DNA from: Podarcis cretensis
Taxonomy: Eukaryota
Length of the DNA stretch: 64,000 bases
Assembly (NCBI GenBank): GCA_951804945.1
Contig: OX638149.1
Coordinates: forward strand, 58,528,001-58,592,000
Reading direction: 5' to 3'
Shown here one piece after another: positions 29,289 to 43,238 of this stretch; the first letter of the stretch is position 1; every line of letters starts with the position of its first letter. A program made the translations under genes and the position numbers. The notes under the pieces were generated by a model. The model did no database searches. It saw nothing but the letters and a program-made list of their open reading frames with translations, and was not told the DNA's origin.

Positions 29289-29520
29289 AGATCGAATGAG
29301 AACCTCTGTCAATGTTGTGGGCGATTCCTTTGGAGCTGGCATTGTCTATCACCTCTCCAAGGCAGAGTTGGAAAACATTGATGCCCATCACAAAGGACAC
29401 GAAGATATTGAAATGACCAAGACACAGTCCATTTATGATGACATGAAAAACCACAGGGAAAACAACTCAAATCAGTGTGTTTATACAGCCCACAACTCTG
29501 TCATAATAGATGAGTGCAAG
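29289..29520 (+). CDS. SLC1A2: SLC1A2 exon 10 ([12 protein letters not shown]...IIDECK)
   Basis: gcag acceptor, GTACCT donor, 232 bp. Confidence 0.97.
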
Positions 29521-29559
29521 GTACCTTTCACATTTATGGATATTGAGACTTGCATCTAG
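29521..29559 (+). CDS. SLC1A2: SLC1A2 GLT-1b/EAAT2b C-terminus by read-through of exon 10 ([12 protein letters not shown])
   Basis: In-frame extension matching the mammalian GLT-1b tail VPFPFLDIETCI. Confidence 0.92.
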   Translation, partial: VPFTFMDIETCI

Positions 29560-31779
29560 TCAATCATACCTCATCTTCCTTTGTTTTTTAACCTGCATGT
29601 ATTTTTTTAAAAAATGTATCACTAATAATGGGACAATGCTGCATGCTATGTTGATCAGTTTAAAGACGTGGGTACATATATTGTTTGCTTTCTTTGAGTA
29701 TTTAAATTGCTAATGCATGCCATGTTTACAAATAACATTGCGTTCTACAGGGTGTTTTGGAAGGCAGTGCAATGCAATGGGGGAATATTGTCCAGTTAAG
29801 CATTCTTACAGCTTTCCATTACAAGAAAGGTTGCAAATCCAGTTAATAAGGCCTATAGATAAATAGGAGAATTGATGCTGTGGCAATGAGAACGGTTAAA
29901 ACTGCCTAAAAACAAAAAAAGTCTCCACCATTTTCTCCTCCAGATCAGAGCAATTCTGTTGCCTTTGTGTGTTTGGAGAATCCATGATGGACCAGCTACC
30001 ACATTTAAAGCCCTGCTGAGTAGCTATAGCCTGAACAGGAGGCTTTTCCTCTCTGTTGGCATCTTCTGTTTCTTTCCTTCCCCTCTCATGGACCGCAGGT
30101 GGGGAAGGGGGTCAACAACACCAATTCCAGGGGTGACATAGTTTGGGGGCTTTTGGGGAAGTGTGTCAGGGGAACGAGGGGACTTGAAATCCTGTAGGTC
30201 CATGACCTCCCCCAACATGCCTCCTGAACTCCATGATTCAGACCACACCACCGATGGAACACAACTGACAGGCCATACCAGAGGATCTCCAGCATCGTAA
30301 GTGTGACTCTGCTGGAGGCCTTCTCTTTCCACTGGTGGAATGGCACTTCCTCCACTTCTTCTCATCCCTCGGCCAACCAAATGTGATTTTGGCCTTTTAA
30401 ATGATATTTAAAAGTGACAGTTCAGAGCGCAAGATAGTTAACTGTTTGGAAACAGAAGTTCAGTCAAATCCAGAGATTTTTCTTGTGCATCCCACAGGGA
30501 GGAGCAGAAGCAACACAAAAGTCATTTGTTTCAGTGGGTTATGTTCCAGGAGCCTGCCATTTTCCCAAGTAGAAAAAGGCAGAAATTGGAAGCACACTTC
30601 CTTGCTTCTTTTGAAATCAACGGCAGATACTTCCAAGTGAACGTAATTAAGATCAGGCTGTAAGGAACCTGGAGGAGAAAATATGAAGCTGTTTCTATTT
30701 ATATACAGTTAGGGGAAGCAAAGATAAGCACAAGAAAGAAGCACATTCTCATGCTTCCCCTGACACCCAAATAAATGCAAAGCCTGTCCTTTTGTGGATC
30801 GATGCTTTCCATGACACACTGTAGAGACACATGCACTGTACCTCGTCCTCAGCAACTGAGAGCTCTTGTGCTCGCCGTAATATTTATGCTTTATTTTCAT
30901 TTTCATTGTGGGCCATTCCAATGCCATTTTTGTGATTTCTGTCTATTGCTGTTTGTAAATTACTTGGTATAAGAAGAGATTATAACAAGAATTGTCCTGA
31001 CCAAGAGTTACATGAACTTGAGAAAACTCCATGGCTGAATGAGAAACTAATTTGGATGCATTGCATCTTGCTTCCAAACTCATCCTTGTGGATACATCAC
31101 TGTTGTTTAGCATGTTGTCTGAATGCAGCCATTGACGAGACTGGGCCTGGCTGGAGAATTGAACTGAACAAACGTTTTTCTTTAGGTAGATCTACAGTTT
31201 TCCCTAATGTGCTGTCATTAAAGGATTTCCATAGCCATTTCAGATTTTGATTAATGTTTCAGCTGGATAGTCATCAAGCTCACTTACTTGATACTGATAT
31301 TTCTAAGTCCCAGTAGGGAGAACAGGGGAGAGAAACCATTGATGGCTGCGTACAACATCAGGTTTCTAAAATCACACAAGTAATTTAAAAATAACAAAGC
31401 TTTGCCTGTAACTAAAAACAATCTGACAGAAAGGCTTTATAAATATGCCAGTTCTAAAGAAAGGCACCATTGCTCTGACATTATGCCTAGGACCTGAGTT
31501 TATTTCTCTGAAGTAGGCATCTACTGTTTTAAACATTTCTCAGATCACATAGTTATGTATAATAATAAAGTGTAGAAGAATCCCATGGTTAAAAAATTGA
31601 GCCCCTTTGAGTTAAGCACATAGTTCAGTCATGCTCATTTAAATACTGCATATTGAAAATCTGGACAGAAAAGTTGTTGAGCCTTTTTAAAATTATTATT
31701 TTAAGTTTTGACCAAACTTTTTGAGTCTTTTTGCATGCAAAGTCTCATCAAACATCACTGAAAACGACAATGCCAACAG

Positions 31780-31893
31780 GGGTTGCCATATGTCCGGATT
31801 TCCCCAGACATTTCAGCGATTCCTGCTCAGACTCAGTTTCCAATTGCTGATTGCCAGCTATGTACAGGAAATTCCAGATGTGTGGCAACCCTA
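31780..31893. mobile_element. Small MITE
   Basis: TIR GGGTTGCCA...TGGCAACCC. Confidence 0.5.
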
Positions 31894-32364
31894 TTAAATT
31901 TGTCTGGATTATTCTTGATAAGTTTAAAAAATTACAAGCAGCGCAGAAAAGTAAGTGAATGAAATTGTAGAAAATGCCCTGCAAGAGAAAAGTTTGCTGC
32001 AACTCTGGTCAGTGGTTGTTGTTGTTGTTTCTTTGTCTCAAGTATTAATATAATGACATGTCATTTCTACTTAATATTCTAAACAGCTTCCTAGTTTGAT
32101 TGCTTTGCACAGCTAATATATGCTTTATTAGCAAGCTATGTCGATTGTTGTTGCATGGGCTGTTTTTCTGTATTATTTTTTAAAATCACAATTCACATTA
32201 CTTCCTTTGCAAACTAACCTATAATTTCAGTTCCAAATATGTGGTGTATTCTGTTCTTTATAATGCATGTGTTTCCCTTTTAATTATCTAAGAAAGAGGC
32301 TGGCTTTGTTTCAAACATGGGTACATTGTCATGATTTCATGTCCCAATGCTCCCATGCGTCCAG

Positions 32365-32400
32365 TTTGTCCATCATGTGGAATATCAGTCCTGTCTTTAA
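32365..32400 (+). CDS. SLC1A2: SLC1A2 GLT-1c-like alternative terminal exon (FVHHVEYQSCL*)
   Basis: ccag acceptor in phase 0, compatible with the exon 10 donor; peptide aligns with the recalled mammalian GLT-1c tail SLHYVEYQSWV. Confidence 0.75.
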   Translation, partial: FVHHVEYQSCL

Positions 32401-33240
32401 GTTTTCATGCGAAGCTGAGGACAGTAACATGAAAGGTAAGCTAGGAAATAATGGGGTTCTGTTTAGAATTAGATGAAAGACTCCCTTACTATGTAAAGGT
32501 CCAGTTCATTTCTGCCCAGTCAAACAAGCACATTGGCCATTTTGGCTTATCTAGCCATGCATAGCACATCTCCACTGGGGAAAAAAGATGGCGCTTGGCT
32601 GGCTGTGGGGTTGTTGTTTTTTTCCTTTAGAAAAAATATTGACTGCTGAGATGTTGCTTACAAGCCAGTATTTCCCATGGAATGATTTACCATTCTTGGT
32701 CTTCCACAATTGTTATCAAGTTAACATTGAAGTGTGAACCTTTAGCTGAGACTCTGATATGGTTGTTTGTGGTTTTGTATGTAAAATGCAGCCTTGTTAA
32801 GTATGGTTTGACTCAGTTGTAACTGCACCTTCAACATTACACGATCGGACACAGTAGTGAACAGTGATGTTTCCCAGCAGGTCCTTGTGGAGGATCAATT
32901 CTGCCGTTTACTGTTTAGCTTTTTGTAACATATGTGCATATGTATGTGTGTATGATTCACATATGTATGTGTATCTCTGTGCACATCAGGCCTATAGACC
33001 TGATTTCTCAACATTCTGCTTTGCGGACAGAGCACTGTTGTAATTTTGAGTTCTTCCTGCAGATTGAGAAACATTGAAAGGGCAGAACTGATTCAGTACA
33101 AAATAAAAACACGTATGTATATTTTCACACATAGATTTAATGTAAATCTTGTAAATATTCAGTTTTGCTGTTTAATTCTTGACATTTCTCGCAAAAGTGC
33201 CTTGAACTTTAAGTTAGGTGTTGATGACAATTATTTACAG

Positions 33241-33315
33241 GTCACCCTGGCAACAAACGGCAAATCTGCAGACTTCAATGCTGTTGAAGAAGAACCTTGG
33301 AAACATGAGAAATAA
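33241..33315 (+). CDS. SLC1A2: SLC1A2 exon 11, GLT-1a C-terminus (VTLATNGKSADFNAVEEEPWKHEK*)
   Basis: ttacag acceptor; matches the EAAT2 tail [23 protein letters not shown]. Confidence 0.96.
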   Translation, partial: VTLATNGKSADFNAVEEEPWKHEK

Positions 33316-34763
33316 GGAAGGAACAATCCAGGTCCACCTCTAATAAGCCCCAGAAGTTGTCTTGTGGTAAAAGCTGGTATCAAGATTCAAGAAGATTTTT
33401 CACTGTCTTCATTTAGTATAAAAACTATTCACTTATTTAATGCTCTTAACGGAAACTTAGAAACAGTCTCATAAAGTCATTGCTCCTTTAGCATCTTTGC
33501 CAAATAATTCATAACCATCTCTCTCAATTGTGTCACCATTTGAATGGATGTGGCTGAAGGACACCCTGTCAGTTCAAGAGATGTATTTTTGCTGGGCTTC
33601 CTCTGTTCAACTCAAGACGTAGAGAATGTAGATGCTGCAAAAGAGGAAAGATCAGAAAGCCCCAATGGCTGGTGAGACTGGCTAATAAGCATTAAGTATA
33701 ATGTAAAGGGTGCAGTCTTTTGCAATGCCTCTTCTCCTGCTGTAGATGTCAACCAGCACCTTGGTGCATATCAAATACAGTTAGCACTGTGGACTGTAAT
33801 ATAGGATCACTGTAAATGTTTTATATGTGCTTTATTAATACGTGGCATATGATATTCTCAGTTCCCTATTATTCATGCCATCCTCACATCGATGGTCATA
33901 TCCCAGTTCTTTTAACCATCCAGAGCCCCATGCATGCCAGATCCCAGGGGATATCGTCATTTTGGTCACCCAAAACTTGAAGGTATAGGAAAAATGATTT
34001 GCAGTTTATAGTGGTGGATGGGTGTGAATGCCTGTGTGCATGGTCCCCAAAAATGAATTAATCCCTGGGCAGCATGTATACATGGCTTGACCATGATTTT
34101 TTCTCCAATTGAGTTCAATGGACTGTATTGCCAGTATATAAATTTAGGTGTGAAATATGTAGTATTCAGAGCTAATAAACCATCCCAGATTGTATGCTAT
34201 TCATACTAGCAACTAGCACAATTCTGATTATCCATACAAGGAGAAACATAGACTGCAATATGTGACTGTCTCAATCCAGCAACGTCAAAGTACCATATAG
34301 ATGCATATCACTGGTATTTCAGCAGGAAAATCTGCAGCAAGTAATATCTTGTCACCCTTTCGCTGAGACCTGGGATGGAACAAGGTGCTATTCTTTAGGG
34401 ATAAAATGTCTGCTAATAAATCACATCTTTTGCATTCATTTTGCTAAAAACAAACTTAGCAAGTTTAATATTGTTTAACAGCTGGAAGCTGTTTATACAC
34501 TGGCGAAAATGTTTTATATGTTTGGTCCTTGTGAACAGAGAACTGAAACGTAAGATATGGTAATAATCTTGTCAGTTATATCTTGGTTTGTACAAATGGG
34601 TTTGGGTAAAGAATATCCATTCAGAATTGTAACAGAATTATATTTAGTAATTGTTGTGATGCCCAAACTGCAATAATTCCTTGACAACCCATCATAACAG
34701 GACACACTGCCACAGCAAATATCTGTAAGTTGGAGCAGGAAAGATTTAATCTCTTGTTGACAG

Positions 34764-34897
34764 ATCATAGAATTGCAGAGTTGGAAGGGTCAATGAGGGT
34801 CATTTAGTCCAACCATCTACAATGCAGGAATCTTTGCCCAACATGGTTCTAGAGCCAAAAATATTGAGATAAAGTGTCTCATGCTCTACTAACTGAG
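34764..34897 (-). mobile_element. tRNA-head/CR1-tail SINE
   Basis: ATCATAGAATTG...GTTGGAAGGG...AGTCCAACC CR1-like tail plus tRNA-like head on the minus strand. Confidence 0.6.
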
Positions 34898-37800
34898 CCA
34901 CTCTGAACATGTTTGCCTTCCTGCAGACTTATACAGAGTATTATCCTTCGCCAAACAGGCATGAAGGATTTCCCATAGGTTTCAACAGAATCATGTTTCT
35001 CCCTTTTGCTCTGTTCATACATGAACATAACTTCGCAGGCTGGGTCATAGGAGGACTGGCTTTGTCTCCCATTAAACCAGCCTGCGCACCCATTCTTCTT
35101 GATCACCTTGAATTCTGGAGGTCATATAATTTAACTAAGTGGCCAGAGATGGGGTGGGGTAGGCTGTGTGGGAGAGCTGTGCTCATATCTTTCAATTCCC
35201 AACTAATTTGACACACTGAAGGGAGAGAGGAGAAACAGCTCTGCTGATTCCTTGACATAAAGGCAGTGTGCTCTTGTAGGGAAGGAATCTACCCGTGGAT
35301 TTTTATATTCTGATATTATACTTTTCATGGAATACATACATTTTGTAGAATTGAAGGCCCTACCCCATCTTTTGTGCACATGTTCATGTTAACATCAATG
35401 AGGTACCATGGGGATTGCTTACATACGTATTTCTATTCTTCCCCACATCACTTTATACTTGGCAGCTGTTCAGTGCACAATTAGAATGAGCAAACAAGGT
35501 ACTGAGCAAGCAATGTGATTTCCAGACCCCTGTCTAGGGTAATGGTTTGAGCAACACTAATAAAAAAATACCCCATTGCTTTTATTTTATTTTATAAACT
35601 AGGAAGACGTTCTCAAATTGAAATGGGGATAAATTCCGCATGTGTGCAGAGTTAAAATTTTTTGAATGGATATCAACAGAAAGAATACCTTTTACAAAAC
35701 TGGGCGGGGGGGAGGGATTTTTGTATGTTTTATAACTCAGGGAATTTCAATCTTACGATACTCCTTTCCCAACAATATAAAACAGGGAGAAGGAAGCAAC
35801 TATTATATTGGAGGCCTGCATATTTTATCTTCTAGATGCTATTACATAATTCTGTTGTTCTAACTGGTCAACTGACTGTCCACAAGTATTTCTATTTAAT
35901 TATGAAGTCTAAATATCCTTAGCTGCCATTTCATAGTTTGCTTAGCCAATATGAATCTAGGTTGCTAAACTAGGGGGGGGGGGGAATGAACCTTGTAAGT
36001 GGTCACAACACTAACGCACATTCCTTTTTTTAATAGACACTTCTTTCAACTTGCAAATGTTCTATATTTTCAACATGAATTTGCACACTATGCTTTTTCC
36101 TACTAGCCTGAGGCATGCCATCTTTCAATACTATGTTCCATTCCTCTCTTATTAGGAAGCAGCTTCTACCAAGGGGCATGTAAAATCAACTGTAATCATC
36201 TGTGCAACCTAATCTCCCATCTCCAACTGTCCCTTCTGCCCAGACTTGTGATAGTAATCTAGACAGAATCAGTGACAGGAAACAATTAAAAGTATAATTT
36301 GTAGGAAGTTATACGGAAGACCCTGACATTTCACCAACACTTCAAGCTCTTTCCAGCATGAGTGTGTGTAGTAAGAGCATGTGTGTGTTTTAGTGCTTTC
36401 CCTGCTTAGGCTCAAAACCTTTCCCTTTTTGTTTCAGTCATTCTTGGGCAGGTGAATGCTTAAGTAAGTAGCAGGTGAGAAACAATTTCCACTTCATTTG
36501 CTTCTCTCGACTAATTTTGCACCAGCACTTTGGATGAAATGATTTCTTTGCTCAGGTCTCGCTTGCTAGTCTGCATAATTAAGAGGACCTTGCTTTTACC
36601 TCTTTGTAGATTCTTTATAAAAGGGATCTAAGATTTCAGAATGCTGATAATCTGCCTCACATTGTCATCAAGGGAAATGAAGGATGTTGAGCACTTTGCA
36701 TTAGACCTTCTGTAGCATCCCATTCGCTTGAAAAAAGGTGACCAGCTTGTAATTTTGTATTGCTCTTGGGTGGCTTGGCTTTGTTCTTTGGCTAGTACCA
36801 TTTAAGGACTTCAAAAAATAATTAATGGCATAAGGTGACATCCAACATGAGTCATACTCAGAGCAGACCTGAGTACATTGATTTGCATGGGTCTGCTCGG
36901 ACTATAACTAATGGGTGGGTACACAGGTGTACTTAGGCTCCCTTGCACCCTTGGCAAGGAGACACATCCTCCTCTTATCTTGCACCCTTGCAAGAGGATC
37001 CTGCACATGTCGCCTGGTCTCCCTGACCAGGGAAGAAGCAGCCTGGGGAGTGTGTGGACAGGCAGGTGGGCTCCTACTTAACTTGACCAACCCCTAGATA
37101 CACCCCTGGGTGGGTATCTTCCTTAGATTTCAAGGACAGCAGGCTGAGGTTTGGTCTTTGCTGGTGGCAATTCCATTGATGTTCTGCTTTCAGTGGATTT
37201 CCATAGGACACAATCAGTAATTCATACTTGTATAAGTAAATCTATTGAGTGTGGGGAAGGATCCAAACTCTTGTGCCCTATTCCTATTTACTTTAACCCT
37301 CCTCTTCCCAAGAAACTGGAGTTTCTCCTCTTCTTCCCATAGCTCCTTGGCTCTCCTCCCCTCTCGTTTGTATCTCCTCTAATCTTTTCTTCTACCAAAT
37401 GTCTTACCTGTACTTCTCTAGTTTCTCAAAACAAAACAAACAAACAAACAAAAAGCCCCCCCCCCTCTCTTCCTGCCCAGACATGACCCTGGGCCTGGAG
37501 CTCCTTCTATCTTTCTCTTGCTCATCATTGTGATACCTGTTATCTTGCAGCTACTAACATTTTTTCAAGCAGCCACTCTAGCCATGTAACTCCATCTCTA
37601 ATGCTCTTATTTTCTCTACATGGAGAGAGAACTTTATGATGCCTGAAAATCAGTGGGCTGGGCAGAGGTTCATTGAGATATGTAATGTAATGGAGGTATG
37701 AAATATGTAATGATATGTAATATGTAATGGAGGTATGAAGCAATGAAACGGAATGATGACAGTCCTCCAGTGTTACTGGTCAACATTTGTCACAATTAAT

Positions 37801-40800
37801 CGTATTGTTTTCCATTTATTGTCCACACAACTTCAGTGGGGTAGCATTTTATGTCACTAATTTGGGTTAAAATGGCTTGAGTTCGGCATAATACATGTGT
37901 AGTTATCTAGTCACCAGTATTACATTCATTCTGATTATGTGACTAAGCCAAGCTCTTAGCCAGACCAAGCTTTGTGTTGCTGCAAGTTTGCCTAATATGC
38001 ACTGAATGGCATCACACACTTGCTTGGATGTTGGGTTATAACACAAGTCAACCTACCTACATTTCAGCTGACTGGAAGCAGCCTCTAAGCCACCCAACAC
38101 TCTCTCAGTTGTCTTGGAACAGCCTTAACCAGCAGGTAAAGAGAATTCATTATCCAACCCAGTCTTTGCTGGGTTTATTACAGTATTTCCTAAAAGGCAA
38201 AAAGCAAATATGTGCACATAGGACCTCTACATATTCAGGGATCCCCATTCCATTAACTGGAGGGATCTGATTTATTCCTTCAAAACTTATCTATTGCTGG
38301 AACAAGAAGATTATTTGAAATTAAGTTCCTTTTCAGTCAGTGGCACACAGATCCCTCAACTATTGTCTTTAAAACCAGGGTTTGTGCACATTTATTCAAG
38401 ACATGGGCACAATTTAATACCGTGAGTCTTTCACATTAACAGTATTTTGTACATAACACATAATGCTTCACAGGGATTTTTTCATTGATTTTCTACAGCT
38501 TTGAAAGCTTATTTGCAAATCTTGATTACCAGTTGATATTTTTCAGTCAGTGCTGTAGATTCCAACATTCCATTTTTTAACTTCTTCCAAGCTTCTTCTT
38601 CAAGCTTCCTTTTGAATACTGCAACAACAAAAATCCCCTTCTTTCCTGTCCTTCCTAGTGTGAACTGTAATTTATGGAATGCATGAGGAAAATATGTATT
38701 TCTACTGCTAAATACATCTTCAATTCTAATGTAGGCATTTATTCATACCTTTTGTCCAGCAGCCACAAACTACAGTGTAGACTGAATTAACAAATTTAGT
38801 ATCTGTAATTTGCAGACATACTGATATTTTCTTATACTGTTTACAGACATACCAATATTTTGTTATACAACCTTATAAGACAGAGAGAGAAAGCTACAAT
38901 ATTTACAGGGAATCCATATTAAAGGGGAAATGGAAAATTTTCTTATAACATATATAGATTAGTAAAAATTATCTGTGTTATATTAAATTAACGTAAGCCT
39001 GTAAACTTTATTTATAACCTCTAAGCAAAGCACAAATAGGAAATAAAGGTGTCTTTAAATGCTGCAGTTCATTATGGAACACTATGTTGTTATAATAATC
39101 TTAAGATTGATCAGATGAACAAATGATTGATCTGTTATTTTTGATACTTACAGTGTAATCCTATGCATGTTTACTCAGACAAAAGACCCACTGTGTTAAA
39201 CAGTGCTTACTCCCTAGTAAGTGTGTTTAGAATCACAGCCTTAACCTGGTGTCTTTACCAGGAGAATTAGGAAGGGTCTCCACCCTGCAATATACAAAGA
39301 GTCTGATCCAAAATAATTTATTCACCAGTATATTTTGTCCCCCAACCCTTCTCCTGCCTGCATTTTCCTGTTGTCCCCAATGTTTCCAATGGAATCAATT
39401 ACAAAGTCTGTGTACTTTAGGATTGCAGCTTCTGAATAAGGCCCTGATCCAGCTGTAGTCATGGGCCATCAGGCATAAGAACTGGTGTCCCGTAATTGGC
39501 ATCAAGTGATGCATCCAGCTAGTTCAAAGTGGCTTGGGTGAGAATCAGAACGTGGAAGGAGATGAGCATCTGTATTTATTTATGTGCACAGACGTTGTTT
39601 GCTGGATTGGCCAGAAGCCTTCAGAGACCAGGCCTGCAGTTCCTCCACAGTCTTTTCTAGACTGGCTAAAGTAACAGGCTTTGCCAGTTCACTTCAAAGC
39701 CAGATCACAAGTTTTGCTGCTCGACAAATACTATACAAGAAAGGAGGCGGCAGCAAAGCCAATAAGGGGTCATAGTTATTTAATGAATAACAGCCCAAAC
39801 TTAGCCATGTGTACTCAGAAGTGAGTCCTGTTGAATTCAAGGGGGGTTATTCCCGGGTATGTGGGTTCTTATGCAGGGGGAAGGGAACAGAAGACAGGCA
39901 AATGGCCACATTCAATGGCCTGTTGGTGTAGTCAGAAGTGAGGTTGGAATGGATCTTTTGTTTTTCCTTGTCTTCTTCCTGACCAAGAATTTATTTTAGG
40001 CTAGGACACAAAGGTTTCCACAGGGAGAGTATCAACGAAGTTGGATCTTCCTCTGGAGGGCAGAGCTTTGCCCTTATAGTGTGAAATTGAATCGGTTTTA
40101 TGGCCATGGAACACCTCAGTGATCATAGGGTTGCAGGGTCTGTCACGTAAAATGATATTTATACAAGTTCAGACAATGTAAGGAACTGCAGAACTGTGTT
40201 TCATGTCTTTGCCTTTGTACAAAAGGACCAAACAACATTCTTATGGGACCATGTCAATCGACTTGCACATATAGAAATACCTCCTGATTTTTAAGACATT
40301 TATAAGAAAGCAAGCGGTATATTTTTCACCAGGATGAATGAGATCTGTTTTTCTTTTATTTCCTTAGCAGTTAATTATAAAGTATCTCTAGTCCTATGGC
40401 CTTGCTATTACCCAAGCACATTGAATGAGCAAATAAGAGTTATTAAAACCTGAGGAACAGCTTAAATACAATGTAGATGTTGTCTCTTGGCACACCAACT
40501 GCATAGCACACAGAGCAGAGGATATGTACTGAAACCATCAACGATCCATGAAACAGGTATATTTAACTAGAGAAACCTGTTGTACATGCCTTGCGTTTGG
40601 GTGAGCAAACTGTACAGTAGATCTAGAATGTTGTCAATGTAAACTTATTTTGTAATCCTCTTCTATTTTAAAAGCAGAGTTTTCAAATACTCTCGTAATT
40701 AGAGCCAAATGTGTTCTAGTGGTAAGATAAAAGTACTAATGATAGCTGTCAAAGCATGACACTCTTATGAATACCAGTCTTGGTGCGTTGTTTTCCGCAT

Positions 40801-42340
40801 GAAGAACAGTGCCTCTCCGCACTTTGTGTAGATAATGTAGCTTATCTTCGTGTAATTTCAGTGAAATTGTGTATACAGTATTAATAGTTGCCATTTGGTT
40901 TTTAATTTAACATCAGTTATGCTGGAGTAGAAACTTTATAATATGTTCCGAAAAGAATTTGGGTTGGGTTGGCTGCTTGTCAGTATTTCCATCCCCAGGT
41001 ATTTATCAGAATAATCTCCATAGGCAGATAACTGGTTTTATATGTTGATAATATAAACATGTTGGTGCATGTCAAAGTCTGAATAATTGTTGGAACCTTT
41101 TATTGCAGCCGACTCATTGTACATATGTTAGTCTTTGTTTTTATATATCTAACCAGCAGCATGCGAGTGTGTGTGTATGTTTGTAAATCCCTGGCACTTA
41201 GTGAATGTGACTGGCCGTCTCATTTTGCTGCACTGTGAATGCAATATCACTGCTACATTAAAGAATTAATGTAGGCATATTATTCTGAGTTTATAATATT
41301 AATATATTTTCGTCTGTATACCTGATATGTTGGAAATGTAGAGACATGATTATTAGTAAGTCGCTGCATCAGTTAGCTCATTGGTCAGAAGTAAAAACAA
41401 ACCTTGCTGTACTCTTTACTTTGGATGCCATGCTTATCGTTTGCAATTGCAATGTCTGTTTCTGCTTTGCAACATGGACTCCTGCTGTCATCCAACAACA
41501 TTTCAAGATTCCTCTGATGTTCATTTGCTTTCACTTGTTCACTGACAACAGTATCCACTGAAGAATCTGCATAACCTGAGCCTGTCATTTTGCTTTAAAT
41601 CAAGGCACAGACATGCCTGTTAACTATAGACACTGGACTGTTTCCAGCTAAGTTTACTCAGAATATACACACTGAAATTAATGGACCCAAATTGGCCAAA
41701 TCCATTAATTTCAATGGATCTACTCTGGGTTTATCTAATGCTGGATGCAAGCCTATCATTATCATTCTTAAGATTTGTGTTACACCAGCTAGCCAGAAGA
41801 ACAGAGGCAAATACTGCTTCCATTTTTCAAAAGTAAGCATATGAAAAATTATAACAAATCCCATTCATGCCAGTTTTGGAAACAGACAAACAACTGTGTT
41901 TTTGAGGTGTGCTTTACCTGTTGTGTTGTATCTCAGAATTTCCATGCACCAGTAATCATACTTTTTATATATTAAGAATTTGAATGTCTCTGATAATAAA
42001 GAAGCTCTCTGAAAAAGAGCTACTAGTGGAAAGGCTGGCAGGATTCACTGTTGCTTTCACTCAATAAATGTAGCACCTTTAATGTGGCATATTCCATGGG
42101 ATAAAATATCCCATACGGAAGCTAGTTGTCATCTGCCTTAAAAGTACTCTATAACTATTCCTTTTTTCGATTCCGGCTTACCTATTGTGAATTGCCTTTA
42201 GCAATTGCTGAAGTGGCAAATCACTCTGAACCTGATGACCGCAAGTGTGTGAGACAACAAAAGGGGAAAGCCACAAAATTTCAAGATCTGTGCATGTGTT
42301 CTTTTTCATATGCAACTATGGGCGAAATCCTATACACATT

Positions 42341-42646
42341 CATAGAATCATAGAATCATAGAGTTGGAAGAGACCACAAGGGCCATCGAGTCCAACCCCC
42401 TGCCAAGCAGAAAACACCATCAGAGCACTCCTGACATATGGTTGTCAAGCCTCTGCTTAAAGACCTCCAAAGAAGGAGACTCCACCACACTCCTTGGCAG
42501 CAAATTCCACTGTCGAACAGCTCTTACTGTCAGGAAGTTCTTCCTAATGTTTAGGTGGAATCTTCTTTCTTGTAGTTTGGATCCATTGCTCCGTGTCCGC
42601 TTCTCTGGAGCAGCAGAAAACAACCTTTCTCCCTCCTCTATGTGAC
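42341..42646 (-). mobile_element. Young 5'-truncated CR1 LINE 3' end
   Basis: (CATAGAAT)n tail on +; ORF 42420-42623 (RFHLNIRKNFLTVRAVRQWNLLPRSVVESPSLEVFKQRLD) is an intact CR1 ORF2 C-terminus; inserted inside a palindromic MITE. Confidence 0.9.
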
Positions 42647-43232
42647 ATCAAAGCATTCATGTGGGAGTAAGTTACATTAAACTCAATGGAACTTACTTCC
42701 AAGTAGAAATGTATAGGACTGTGCTGTTTAGGGAAATTATTGTGCTCAGGGCCTTTGAGATCATGGCCATTGTGTATATGATCAATTTGCAGTTCTTCCC
42801 TTGAAATGTGATGTGATCCATTTAGAATACATCCAAAAGAAACCATAAGCCTGGTCTTTGACATTGATTGGAAGTGTTCATCTGGGAATCGAAATGATGT
42901 ACTTGTACAGTTCCTGTACCACATTTTGTGTAAAGACTAATGAATGCAGATGCGAAAACTTTCTATTAACTCTGGTTACTTTCTTGTATATTGTAATGGG
43001 AATGCCTCATTTACTGAGTATATATTTTTTTTGTAGTTTATAGTTCTAATTCTTCTAATCTTTATCTATACCTCCTTTAGTAACTACAGTATTTGCTTTT
43101 AATACTTTCTTACTGTGTGAACTGATTTCCGTAACTTATGTATAAAACAAAACTGGACATTCTTTATATACTGGAAATAATCAGCAAAGACAATATTTCA
43201 CTAAGTGTTGTACTTTTTATGTACATATCATC

Positions 43233-43238
43233 AATAAA
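43233..43238 (+). terminator. SLC1A2: Candidate distal poly(A) signal of SLC1A2
   Basis: AATAAA with two upstream TGTA elements and a GT/T-rich downstream region. Confidence 0.55.
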
